Shown here one piece after another: positions 1 to 8,348 of a stretch of 64,000 nucleotides of DNA. This DNA comes from Clostridia bacterium. Its GTDB lineage: Bacteria > Bacillota > Clostridia > UBA1381. The position numbers and the translations under genes are program-made. The DNA lies in NCBI GenBank assembly GCA_045542415.1, contig JAZQKZ010000031.1, positions 1-64,000 of the forward strand, in the 5' to 3' direction. Positions within the stretch are counted from its first letter, which is position 1. The number at the start of each line of letters is the position of its first letter. The notes beneath the pieces were generated by a model. That model saw only the letters and a program-made list of their open reading frames with translations. It searched no databases and was not told the DNA's origin.

Positions 1-59
1 TCCTTTAATTCGATAATTTGTTTTTCATACTCTTGTATATGTCTATAACTTCTTGGCAT
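1..59 (-). CDS. Partial CDS, N-terminal 19 codons only (MPRSYRHIQEYEKQIIELKE...), continues off the left edge; product unknown
   Basis: Reverse complement of 1-59 begins ATG preceded by GGAGGT (complement of 66-71). Runs off the window. Confidence 0.3.
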   Translation of the reverse strand, partial: MPRSYRHIQEYEKQIIELK

Positions 60-61
60 AA

Positions 62-110
62 AAATACCTCCTATGGCTTTTTTATCATTATACCATAGGA
101 GGCTCTTTTT
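62..110. terminator. Stem-loop with T-run (CCTCCTATGG ... CCATAGGAGG followed by CTCTTTTTTTC on the + strand)
   Basis: Inverted repeat of 10 bp read directly; T-run on the + side. Could terminate the downstream minus-strand operon reading leftwards or a + transcript. Confidence 0.35.
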
Positions 111-179
111 TTCTATTGTCCGTTTTTACTGGTTCTGTTCAATTGACATCTCACTTTTTTTCCGTATATGCTTATGATA

Positions 180-545
180 TTACATGCCCCAAAAAGCATT
201 TTCTATATGGTTAATTTCCTTTATCGACAGCTCTGTACCGTTACCGTTATAAATAATTTCAATCACATCAAAACGCATATCTATATCCGGACTGTAGGCA
301 TAACGCATAGCCGCTTTTATGATACGTCTTTGTTTCCTGTAGTCAACAAACTCTGCCGGTCTGCCAAAAAGCTCGGATTTTCTTGTTTTCACCTCGACAA
401 AAACAGTGGTACCGTTTTTATTCGCAACAATATCAAGCTCACCCTCACGGCATTTGAAGTTTCTGCAACGGACAGCATATCCCTTTTCTCCAAGATATTT
501 TACTGCCTGCTCCTCTCCCCATGCTCCTATATCAATCGCACGCAT
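180..545 (-). CDS. yraN: YraN/UPF0102 family endonuclease-like protein
   Basis: ORF 180-581(-). Internal Met start MRAIDIGAWGEEQAVKYL matches the YraN N-terminal pattern. Sits immediately downstream of rnhB as in many Firmicutes. Confidence 0.7.
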   Translation of the reverse strand: MRAIDIGAWGEEQAVKYLGEKGYAVRCRNFKCREGELDIVANKNGTTVFVEVKTRKSELFGRPAEFVDYRKQRRIIKAAMRYAYSPDIDMRFDVIEIIYNGNGTELSIKEINHIENAFWGM

Positions 546-1215
546 TTTCTGCCATCTCCCGTTTTTTCCTTGCAGTATCAAGTGCCTTATCTACAAATTT
601 CTTTCTGTGTATCGGACACATACCAAGCCGCTCCAGTGCCGCAACATGCTCTGCTGTTCCATAGCCCTTATGATTTTCAAAGCCGTATCCCGGATACTCC
701 TGCGCCAGACGGGTAATTTCCCTGTCTCTTGCAACCTTTGCAAGAATCGATGCCGCCGCAATTGAAATTGACCTTGCATCTCCCTTTACCACCGTTTCAT
801 TCGGGGTAGTAATTCCTGTATTACGGTTACCGTCAATCAAGGCATAATCCGCCTTTACCACAAGCGAATTTATCGCTCTTTCCATAGCATCAAGCGTAGC
901 GGCGAGAATATTCTTTTCCTCTATTTCCTCTACTCCCGCACTTTCGATGCTGTAGGCAACGGCATTTTCAACTATTATGTCAAACAGTTCCTCACGCTTT
1001 GCCTCACTTAATTTCTTTGAATCGTTTATTCCGGGCAGATATATATCAGGCGGCAGTATTACTGCCGCCGTATATACAGAGCCTGCCAACGGACCTCTGC
1101 CTGCTTCATCCACTCCGGCAATTGCACAATAGCCTTTTTCTCTTAATGAGTTTTCTATTTCATGCAGCTGTGCAACTCTTTCTCTGTCCTGTGCCTCTGT
1201 AAGCTTCTTTGCCAT
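532..1215 (-). CDS. rnhB: Ribonuclease HII
   Basis: 227 aa. Carries the RNase HII motif GVDEAGRGPLAGSV. The DSK and D(I)DGN catalytic residues are visible. Confidence 0.9.
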   Translation of the reverse strand: MAKKLTEAQDRERVAQLHEIENSLREKGYCAIAGVDEAGRGPLAGSVYTAAVILPPDIYLPGINDSKKLSEAKREELFDIIVENAVAYSIESAGVEEIEEKNILAATLDAMERAINSLVVKADYALIDGNRNTGITTPNETVVKGDARSISIAAASILAKVARDREITRLAQEYPGYGFENHKGYGTAEHVAALERLGMCPIHRKKFVDKALDTARKKREMAENACD

Positions 1216-1688
1216 CAGTCTTCAAGTACCGGTACATCTGCGACAGACATTTCCTCTGCCTTTGCAAAGTTAACACCCTCTATATGGATATTTACCTTGT
1301 CAACCTCAAGACCTGTCATGTTCTCAACACTGTTCTTTACATTTTCCTGAATCTCCCAAGCAAGCTCAGGGATTCTTACACCGTAATCAACAACGATATA
1401 TACATCAATTACGGCTATGTTTTCAGTCATCTCAACCTTTACACCCTTTGACGGATTTTTCTTTGCTCCTAATTTTTCTGCAATTCCGTTCGCAAAGGGG
1501 CGATACATTCCTGCAACGCCTTTAATCTCGCCTGTTGCAATTCCTGCAATAGTTGATACGACATCTACCGATATCTTGATATTTCCTACATCCTCAGCAT
1601 CCTGAGCTGTTTTCTCAACAACCGGTTCCTCTACAGACTGAACAGTCTCTACTACTTCTTCTGCCTCTTTTATAATTTCCTCTGCCAT
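1215..1688 (-). CDS. Asp23/Gls24 family alkaline-shock protein
   Basis: 157 aa acidic protein. The central region (VVSTIAGIATGEIKGV ... VIDVYIVVDYGVRIPE) is typical of Asp23. Confidence 0.75.
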   Translation of the reverse strand: MAEEIIKEAEEVVETVQSVEEPVVEKTAQDAEDVGNIKISVDVVSTIAGIATGEIKGVAGMYRPFANGIAEKLGAKKNPSKGVKVEMTENIAVIDVYIVVDYGVRIPELAWEIQENVKNSVENMTGLEVDKVNIHIEGVNFAKAEEMSVADVPVLED

Positions 1689-1816
1689 AATAACTACATC
1701 CTTTCATAAATTGTATTTATGAATATTATATCAAATAAATTCTGTTTTGTAAACTGTTTTTTTATAAAAAACGAGGACAAAAAGAGCAGATTTACATCTT
1801 TTTGTCCATAAAACCG

Positions 1817-2446
1817 TTATTTAACCTCAACAATTTTCACTGCATCGGCACTAAGATTAGATTTTTCACATACAAGCTCGCTCAGCTTTATTGCGTCCTC
1901 TTCTCCGAAAGCCTCCTTTTTAACCATAACCGTTGCACTTCCGTCACTGACATATATGCATATGTCTGAGTATCCCTTTGACTGTGCGATACTTTCAATT
2001 TCCTGCTCTGCATTGATGTTATCCGTTTCGGCAATTATCTTATCCCCTGCTTTACGCCTTGTTTCCTCGTCAAAGCTGTCATTTGCACAGGTCTGATTAA
2101 GAATTTCAAGGGATTTTGATCTTGAATTTTCACGCTCATATCTTGCTTTCTCGAAATAGCTCCCGTCACTGTCACTTTGAGTCTCTACCGCAGGTATCTC
2201 CGCATTTTCCTGCGTATCTGCGGCAGTTTCCTCTGCGACTTCATCAGTGTCCTCACTCTGTGCCTCAACATTCTCTGCCTCAGAGTTTACAAGCTGTGCC
2301 TCTCCCAATCGCCTACCCGTTTCTATATAGCTCTCACCGTCGCGAACCGTCATGGTGTCCTGATACGACCAGTTCAGATATCCGGCACAGCCAATCAGTA
2401 CCACCAATGCCGCCGCTATTATTTCTTTTTTCTTTAAAATCATCAT
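1817..2446 (-). CDS. spoIIIAH: Stage III sporulation protein AH
   Basis: Last gene of the spoIIIA cluster. N-terminal TM helix, acidic linker and a C-terminal YscJ/FliF-like domain (SDICIYVSDGSATVMVK). Confidence 0.75.
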   Translation of the reverse strand: MMILKKKEIIAAALVVLIGCAGYLNWSYQDTMTVRDGESYIETGRRLGEAQLVNSEAENVEAQSEDTDEVAEETAADTQENAEIPAVETQSDSDGSYFEKARYERENSRSKSLEILNQTCANDSFDEETRRKAGDKIIAETDNINAEQEIESIAQSKGYSDICIYVSDGSATVMVKKEAFGEEDAIKLSELVCEKSNLSADAVKIVEVK

Positions 2447-2486
2447 TTTTTTCTATCCTTTCATTTATTTCAAACACCCTGCCGTG

Positions 2487-2993
2487 TCATCCTCCCAAGC
2501 TCTTTTCATAAACACACACATCCGAGGCTCCGACCCCCATAGCCGCTGTTACCGCCTCTCTCAGTGCACGCTTGACTCCGATATCGTCCGCCCCCTGTGC
2601 AACTACTATTACACCCTTCACCTTTGGATAAAGCTCCTGTATCACAACAGGACTATTTCCGGACATCACAGCACGCTTATCCGTCTGTCTCGATTTCTCC
2701 TCCACCTCAGACTTTGTCTCATATGCTATGCTTGTCTGTGAGCTTCCGTAATATGTAATCATCACCTCAACCTTACCGGCACCGTTTATTTTTGACAAAA
2801 TATTTTCCAGACGCTCCTCCTGCTCCTGTATGTTCAGTGTGTCATGCACCTCCTTTTTCTCTACGTCCTCCGGCATGAAGGTCATAAGGAAAACCCCAAT
2901 TATTAATATTATTATAATCTTCAATTTATTACTGTCTTTTATAAAATCCACCGCTTTGTGCGGTAATAATTTTTTCAACTCCATACACCTCAC
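2487..2993 (-). CDS. spoIIIAG: Stage III sporulation protein AG
   Basis: 168 aa, single TM helix. C-terminal region KVEVMITYYGS...GVIVVAQGADD is typical of SpoIIIAG. Position in operon. Confidence 0.75.
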   Translation of the reverse strand: MRCMELKKLLPHKAVDFIKDSNKLKIIIILIIGVFLMTFMPEDVEKKEVHDTLNIQEQEERLENILSKINGAGKVEVMITYYGSSQTSIAYETKSEVEEKSRQTDKRAVMSGNSPVVIQELYPKVKGVIVVAQGADDIGVKRALREAVTAAMGVGASDVCVYEKSLGG

Positions 2994-3345
2994 ACAGCCT
3001 TGCAGCAGCTCTATCGCCTATTTTCCCATTTATTTTTATTTCCTTTACACCCGTAATTTTTCCCTCTCCGTTTATATCAATTTTTACACTTGCCTGTATC
3101 TCTTTTCCAAACTCATTTCTGACCCTCTCCTCTATATCTGAATTTATCCTTTCGGTAAGCTCCCTTTCTAACAGATCATTCCTGTATTCCTCGCCCTTTT
3201 TCAAATCAATCTCAGCCGTCCCCGACTCAAATGATGTAAAAAGCCTTTCCGGATCAAGCCTTGTAACAGGTGCAACAACAGCACATAATATGACGGCACC
3301 GCTGATAATGCCGACATACCTACGCCATTTTTCAGGCGACATCAA
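2929..3345 (-). CDS. spoIIIAF: Stage III sporulation protein AF
   Basis: 138 aa membrane protein between the AE and AG genes. Overlaps the AG start. Confidence 0.65.
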   Translation of the reverse strand: MMSPEKWRRYVGIISGAVILCAVVAPVTRLDPERLFTSFESGTAEIDLKKGEEYRNDLLERELTERINSDIEERVRNEFGKEIQASVKIDINGEGKITGVKEIKINGKIGDRAAARLCEVYGVEKIITAQSGGFYKRQ

Positions 3346-3413
3346 AGATGCTATCCCTGAGAGAATTGCAGCAGAAATAACGGATATAATATACTCCTTT
3401 ATCTAAATCACCC

Positions 3414-4508
3414 CTAACCGAAATTTGTTGCCGCAAGAATTATGCATAAGTTTATGATAAACAGCACAGCACTCATGACGGTAAGTGCGAAAACCCCACC
3501 GACTGCCGAAGCCATATCTGTAAGCATTGTACTTATCCGCTTATCTGCTATCGGCTCCGAAACTGCCGCAGAGAGTCGGAGCATAATATGTATTACACCG
3601 ATTTTTATTGCAGGGGTGAAGCATATCACGCACACCGTAATCACACCTGCTGTTCCCACCGCATTTTTCATAAGCCTTGATGCACTTATCACCGTTTCAA
3701 GCGTATCCGACAAAAATCCTCCCACCACCGGAACAAGCGTTCCTGCGGCAAATTTCATAGTTTTTGCCGCCACTGCATCCAACGACGGAGCACTGAAGCC
3801 GTATATTGTGCTTATACCTGAAAACACCGTCACAATCGCCGCCATTATCCATTTATTCACCGAGCCGACCGTACGGCACAAAGCCGATATACGGTTTTCG
3901 CTGCCTATATTCCCGGATACAGACAAAACCGCACTAAATATACACAGCGGAATCATAACCTTTTCTACGATAAGACCCGTAATGTAAATTGCACTTGCAA
4001 GCACAGGATGAAAAACCGATGCACTGACGGTATTTCCGCAGGCTATAAGCGTTATCATCAAGAGTGGCGAAAGCTTGCTTATAAAAGCGGTCATTGCTTC
4101 TATTGCATCCTTTCCGTACTGCAATACATAATTGAAGCAATTAAGTGCCGATGCACTCATAAAGGTAAAGCAGCAGAAAAATGCCGCCTCACTTCCCGAC
4201 CCCTTTCTGTTCTCCGACAGCAGTGAAATCACTCCTGACATCATCGCCGTTATTACAAGCACTATTATTTCCTTTGCACACATCCGTATTTCCTTTGTAA
4301 AGGAGCTGATAATTTCCGACAGTATCTCATCAGGTCCCATCAGTTCTTCACCGTTGTAAATACTCTCAACCAGACTGTTAAAGCCATTCTCACCGCTAAG
4401 CTCCGGTATTTCCGCCGCACTCACATCCGTCCCTAAAAAAACACCTGCCGCTACTATAAATATACATATATACCGCAGCATCATATCCCCTCCACTGCCC
4501 TCATGCAT
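3414..4508 (-). CDS. spoIIIAE: Stage III sporulation protein AE (polytopic membrane protein)
   Basis: 364 aa with multiple TM helices. Position in operon. Confidence 0.75.
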   Translation of the reverse strand: MHEGSGGDMMLRYICIFIVAAGVFLGTDVSAAEIPELSGENGFNSLVESIYNGEELMGPDEILSEIISSFTKEIRMCAKEIIVLVITAMMSGVISLLSENRKGSGSEAAFFCCFTFMSASALNCFNYVLQYGKDAIEAMTAFISKLSPLLMITLIACGNTVSASVFHPVLASAIYITGLIVEKVMIPLCIFSAVLSVSGNIGSENRISALCRTVGSVNKWIMAAIVTVFSGISTIYGFSAPSLDAVAAKTMKFAAGTLVPVVGGFLSDTLETVISASRLMKNAVGTAGVITVCVICFTPAIKIGVIHIMLRLSAAVSEPIADKRISTMLTDMASAVGGVFALTVMSAVLFIINLCIILAATNFG

Positions 4509-4876
4509 ATTTCAAGAAATTCACCTATTATGGGAAGTGTCAGATAAAGTATGAAAATTTTTCCTGCCAGCTCACACTTTGACGCAATTGCACTTTCTCC
4601 TCCGTCACGAAGCATATCTGCACCAAACTGTGTAACATATGCTATTCCTATCACCTTTACAACCGATTCTATATATCGGTTATCAAGGCCACCGCTTTGT
4701 ATGATTACCTTGATTTCATCTACAACCGTACTCATATCATCAAGCAGCGAAATAACAACAACACATCCAACCGCAAGAGCCACCACCGTTCCGAGCGGGG
4801 CATTGACGCTCCGTACGGTCATTGTCATCACACCGCCCACCACTGCAAGTCCCACCATTGCAAACAGCTCACTCAT
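4481..4876 (-). CDS. spoIIIAD: Stage III sporulation protein AD
   Basis: 131 aa small hydrophobic protein. Operon context. Confidence 0.7.
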   Translation of the reverse strand: MSELFAMVGLAVVGGVMTMTVRSVNAPLGTVVALAVGCVVVISLLDDMSTVVDEIKVIIQSGGLDNRYIESVVKVIGIAYVTQFGADMLRDGGESAIASKCELAGKIFILYLTLPIIGEFLEICMRAVEGI

Positions 4877-5067
4877 AGTTCAAAAATCCTTTTGATTCCG
4901 TCAAACAGTCCGCTTATCTCCTGAGATACTACATATAATCCGCCCACCAGACCTGCAATTACTACAAGCAGTGCTATATCATCACGTCCGGCTCTTGATA
5001 AAAGCTGGTTCAGTACAGCAATAACAATTCCGGCTCCTGCAAGCTGAAATACAAGCTCAACATTCAT
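4873..5067 (-). CDS. spoIIIAC: Stage III sporulation protein AC
   Basis: 64 aa two-TM protein overlapping AD by 4 nt. Confidence 0.7.
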   Translation of the reverse strand: MNVELVFQLAGAGIVIAVLNQLLSRAGRDDIALLVVIAGLVGGLYVVSQEISGLFDGIKRIFEL

Positions 5068-5080
5068 TATCTTCTTCTCC

Positions 5081-5566
5081 TTACATTAACATCAATACTG
5101 CAAATATCCCAAGAAGCACACCGCCCCGCATAAAGAGCGTGCCGTTTTTTTCATAAAACTCTGCCGCATTTTTTCTTGCCTCTCTTGCAAGTCCGCCAAC
5201 GTAGTCTATATGCCTTACCTGACCCTGTGCATCCGTTTTTCCCAGCTTTGACGATAGCAGCATAAAAATACGCCTGTCCTGCTCATTTATATCCTTATTT
5301 TCAACTGCTCTTTTCCACGCAGCCGCTATCCCCTCCGACTCGATATACCTTGCCGAGTCTGCAAAAATATCTGCTCCGCTCAGCTTCGCCGCATGCTTGA
5401 ATGCTGTTTTTAAATCAGAGCCGTTAAACGCAATTTCAGATTTCAAAATCTCAAGCGCTGTAATAAAAGCCCCCAGCAGCTCACACCTTTTTTTCATTGT
5501 ATTGCTTATATTGAAGCCGCACCACACAAACACTCCTAATATAAGCACCGCTCCCATTATTTTCAT
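5081..5566 (-). CDS. spoIIIAB: Stage III sporulation protein AB
   Basis: ORF 5081-5617. The likely start is MKIMGAVLIL at 5566, directly abutting the AA stop. ~160 aa as expected for SpoIIIAB. Confidence 0.7.
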   Translation of the reverse strand: MKIMGAVLILGVFVWCGFNISNTMKKRCELLGAFITALEILKSEIAFNGSDLKTAFKHAAKLSGADIFADSARYIESEGIAAAWKRAVENKDINEQDRRIFMLLSSKLGKTDAQGQVRHIDYVGGLAREARKNAAEFYEKNGTLFMRGGVLLGIFAVLMLM

Positions 5567-6486
5567 AGCTCTATCAGGCTTTCCAACGTTCCTGCACCGT
5601 TTGCCTTCGAAAGGCATACAAAGGTTTCAAAATACGACAATGCCGCTTTTAAATCACTGCGTGCTTTAATCTGTTCAAGACTGTAGCCGTGAACTGTTGT
5701 TATAACCTTTGTCCCGCTGTTTATAATTCTTGTAACCGCCGCCGCATCTGTGCTTGTACCGATTTCATCCGTAACGATTACATCAGGCGACATCGCCCGA
5801 AGCATCATCAGCATCCCTGCCGCCTTTGGTGCACCTGAAAACACCGTTGTCGAGCAGCCCAGATCAAATCCGCACCTGCCGTTACACATTGCCGCAATTT
5901 CCCGTCTTTCATCCACAACACAAACCCGTATCCCCTCATCCGAGAGCAAGCGAACCATATCTCTGAGCATTGTGGTTTTCCCTGCACCGGGCGGCGAGAT
6001 AATCAGTGTATTTTTAACCTCTCTGTCTCTCAATACAGCTTCTATTACCGGCTGTGCCGCACCCTTTATTTCTCTTGCCAGCCTGTAATTCAGTGCTGAA
6101 ATATCTCTTACAAAGGTGATTTTTCCATCGCGTATAACAGCACTGCCGCATATTCCTATCCTGTGTCCGCCGTCAACGGTAATATATCCATTCCTGATTT
6201 CCTCCTCAACGGAATATACCGATGACTTCGATGCTATTTCCATAGCCTCCCTTATATTCTCCTGTGTAACCCGTGCCGCATCATACGGGTTGTCCGTCAG
6301 CTCACCGTCACATGATATAAATTTTCTTGTGTCCGGATAGTAAATCAGCATTGGCTTTCCCGGACATAAATGTATCTCATTTACCTGTGAAATATCTACA
6401 CCGTAGAGATATTTCCGCAAGGAATGCGGTATGTAGCTTATTATACTATCCATCGCACATGATGCGATATTGTTTGCTATGTACAT
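5563..6486 (-). CDS. spoIIIAA: Stage III sporulation protein AA (secretion-ATPase-like)
   Basis: 307 aa with Walker A (SPPGAGKTT). First gene of the operon. Confidence 0.8.
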   Translation of the reverse strand: MYIANNIASCAMDSIISYIPHSLRKYLYGVDISQVNEIHLCPGKPMLIYYPDTRKFISCDGELTDNPYDAARVTQENIREAMEIASKSSVYSVEEEIRNGYITVDGGHRIGICGSAVIRDGKITFVRDISALNYRLAREIKGAAQPVIEAVLRDREVKNTLIISPPGAGKTTMLRDMVRLLSDEGIRVCVVDERREIAAMCNGRCGFDLGCSTTVFSGAPKAAGMLMMLRAMSPDVIVTDEIGTSTDAAAVTRIINSGTKVITTVHGYSLEQIKARSDLKAALSYFETFVCLSKANGAGTLESLIEL

Positions 6487-6509
6487 TCGCTCTCGCTCCT
6501 TTCTCTATC

Positions 6510-6548
6510 CTATATTATGGCGGACAAGTATGGTTTATGACTGTTTCA
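6510..6548 (-). promoter_or_regulatory. Candidate sigma-E-type promoter for spoIIIA (TCATAAA -14 nt- CATAATAT)
   Basis: Reverse complement upstream of spoIIIAA reads gTCATAAAccatacttgtccgcCATAATATagg. This resembles the sigma-E consensus (-35 kmATATT, -10 CATACAnT). An RBS AAAGGAG follows. Confidence 0.35.
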
Positions 6549-6602
6549 GGGATAAAAAAAATCGTTGCATGTCATCTAACATACAACGATATAATATGTA
6601 TC

Positions 6603-7280
6603 TTAATTGCCCTCAAGCTTCTTTATGCCTTCTGCCATCGATGAAAGCTTTGTTCCTTTTGCTATCAATTCACCGTGTTCTCTTATATGCTCAAATACTA
6701 TCGCACGTCTGACACCATCCGCAAACTCCATAACCATCGCAATATCATCAAGACATCCTGCATTTGTGGGAATTAACAGTGCATATACCTCATCCATTCT
6801 GTAAAACTCCGATATTTCCGTAACGGACGGACTCATTCTCATAAGTGCTGCACATACGTTTTCAAAATCCGAGAAAATAAAGGTCTGCATTGACTTCGGT
6901 GTTGAACCCGGCTTTATTACTCTTATATTTTTTATTTTTTTCTTTTCAGGAGCTTTTCTGAGCCGACGTGTTCTCACCTCAGATACTGCCATAATTCCTT
7001 TTATTCCCGGCTTGCCCTTATCCGGCATCGGAAACGCACTGTTCGTCTTTGAGAGAAGAATAGTCATTCCACCCGTCTCCGACTGTGCTTCCATTTTTAT
7101 ATTCCCATGATACGGATTAAAATCTGTTTTTTCATAGATTTCGTGCATAAGCTCAACAATAAATCCGTTCAGTGCATTTGTATCTGAAAGAAAACATGTA
7201 GGATCAATCTCCATATCAACAAGATCCGCATCTGATAATGTCACTTTGACCTTATCGGGAGCAATCTGTTCTATTTTCAT
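6603..7280 (-). CDS. mecA: MecA-like adaptor protein (ClpC/ClpE substrate adaptor)
   Basis: N-terminus MKIEQIAPDKVKVTLSDADL parallels MecA (MEIERINEHTVKF...). The C-terminal domain (FIFSDFENVCAALMRM ... EFADGVRRAIVFEHIREHGELIAKG) parallels MecA FVLRFGDFEDVISL...EYATESSISIHRLEEYGKLI. Confidence 0.75.
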   Translation of the reverse strand: MKIEQIAPDKVKVTLSDADLVDMEIDPTCFLSDTNALNGFIVELMHEIYEKTDFNPYHGNIKMEAQSETGGMTILLSKTNSAFPMPDKGKPGIKGIMAVSEVRTRRLRKAPEKKKIKNIRVIKPGSTPKSMQTFIFSDFENVCAALMRMSPSVTEISEFYRMDEVYALLIPTNAGCLDDIAMVMEFADGVRRAIVFEHIREHGELIAKGTKLSSMAEGIKKLEGN

Positions 7281-7479
7281 ATTATCACCCTGCCTTCCTT
7301 ACTTTTTTAATAAATCACCCATCAGCCCGGCTGAGGGATATTTTTTAATATATACTATTATACTATAAAAAACTTCATTTGTACAGTGTATTTTTATTTT
7401 ATTTTTTTCCTTTTTGTAAATTTGATATGAATTTACATGTAATTTTTTCATAAATTGTAAGTTTTTATATTCACACTTG

Positions 7480-7509
7480 GTATAAAATGCATTGAACCGG
7501 GTCAAAATA
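7480..7509 (+). promoter_or_regulatory. Sigma-F/G-type forespore promoter (GTATA -15 nt- GGTCAAAATA)
   Basis: GTATA at 7480-7484, a 15-nt spacer, then GGTCAAAATA at 7500-7509. This matches the sigma-F consensus GYATA-N15-GGnnAnAHTR and lies 43 nt upstream of the ATG at 7552. Confidence 0.5.
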
Positions 7510-7551
7510 TGTTTAGCAAAGCTAATAAATTTATTATGAGGAGGTTATTAT

Positions 7552-8298
7552 ATGAATAATAACTCAAGCAAAGACTCAAAAAAGACTTCCAACCGACTTC
7601 CTATGTTCTACATAGCACTCTGCTGCTGTGTACTCGCAATAGGTGTCGGCGGATATATTTCACAAAGTCTTTCAACCAGTGAAACAAGCTCTGTTTCGGA
7701 AAATGCGGTTGCCTATACACCAAAGCCCGTATTTACACCTGCACCGATTGAAACTCTTGAGCCTGTTGAGGAATTGCAGGTATTTGATGAGGAATATATC
7801 CCGGTGATTGTTCCGACAGAAATCCCTGTGGCTATGGCTCCGGACTACACCTATGACAATCCCGATACCATATATGCCAATGCGGACGCTGAAGTATTTG
7901 ACGGAGCGATTATCCCTGTCGAGGGCGATATTTTACAGCCCTACACCGATACCCCTTACTACAACGAAGTATTTGGTGACTGGCGTACTCATAACGGCAT
8001 AGATATCGCCGCCTCCGAGGGATGCGAGGTTATATGTGCCGCCAACGGAGAAGTAAAAAGCATCCGTTCTACAATATACGGTCACGAAATAACCGTATCA
8101 CACAGTGACGGTTATGAAACTGTATATTCACAGCTTACTCCCGTTGATACCTTAAATGAGGGTTCAAATGTACGCTGCGGCGATGTTATCGGAACGGTAA
8201 CAGCATCAAAAGGCGAGCCGGTCAAGGATCCGCATTTACACTTTGAAGTAAAGTGCGACGGTAAGTATATCAATCCTGCGGACTATGTCTCAAATTAA
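7552..8298 (+). CDS. Membrane-anchored M23/LytM family metallopeptidase, candidate SpoIIQ
   Basis: N-terminal TM helix. LytM motifs HNGIDIAASEG (HxxxD) and HLHFEV (HxH). Strong RBS AGGAGG. Forespore-type promoter and spoIIIA neighbourhood. Confidence 0.8.
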   Translation: MNNNSSKDSKKTSNRLPMFYIALCCCVLAIGVGGYISQSLSTSETSSVSENAVAYTPKPVFTPAPIETLEPVEELQVFDEEYIPVIVPTEIPVAMAPDYTYDNPDTIYANADAEVFDGAIIPVEGDILQPYTDTPYYNEVFGDWRTHNGIDIAASEGCEVICAANGEVKSIRSTIYGHEITVSHSDGYETVYSQLTPVDTLNEGSNVRCGDVIGTVTASKGEPVKDPHLHFEVKCDGKYINPADYVSN

Positions 8299-8311
8299 AG
8301 AGGATAATACG

Positions 8312-8345
8312 AAAAGAGGATGCTGATTACTTCGGCATCCTCTTC
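8312..8345. terminator. Bidirectional stem-loop (GAGGATGC...GCATCCTC) between the convergent M23 and GH35 genes
   Basis: 8-bp perfect stem followed by TTCGATTT. Confidence 0.5.
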
Positions 8346-8348
8346 GAT

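Noticed and set aside
168-765. Plus-strand ORFs 168-716 (182 aa) and 406-765 (119 aa)
   Set aside because: They lie entirely antisense to the well-supported yraN/rnhB genes and have low-complexity, Cys/Phe/Ser-rich translations typical of antisense frames.
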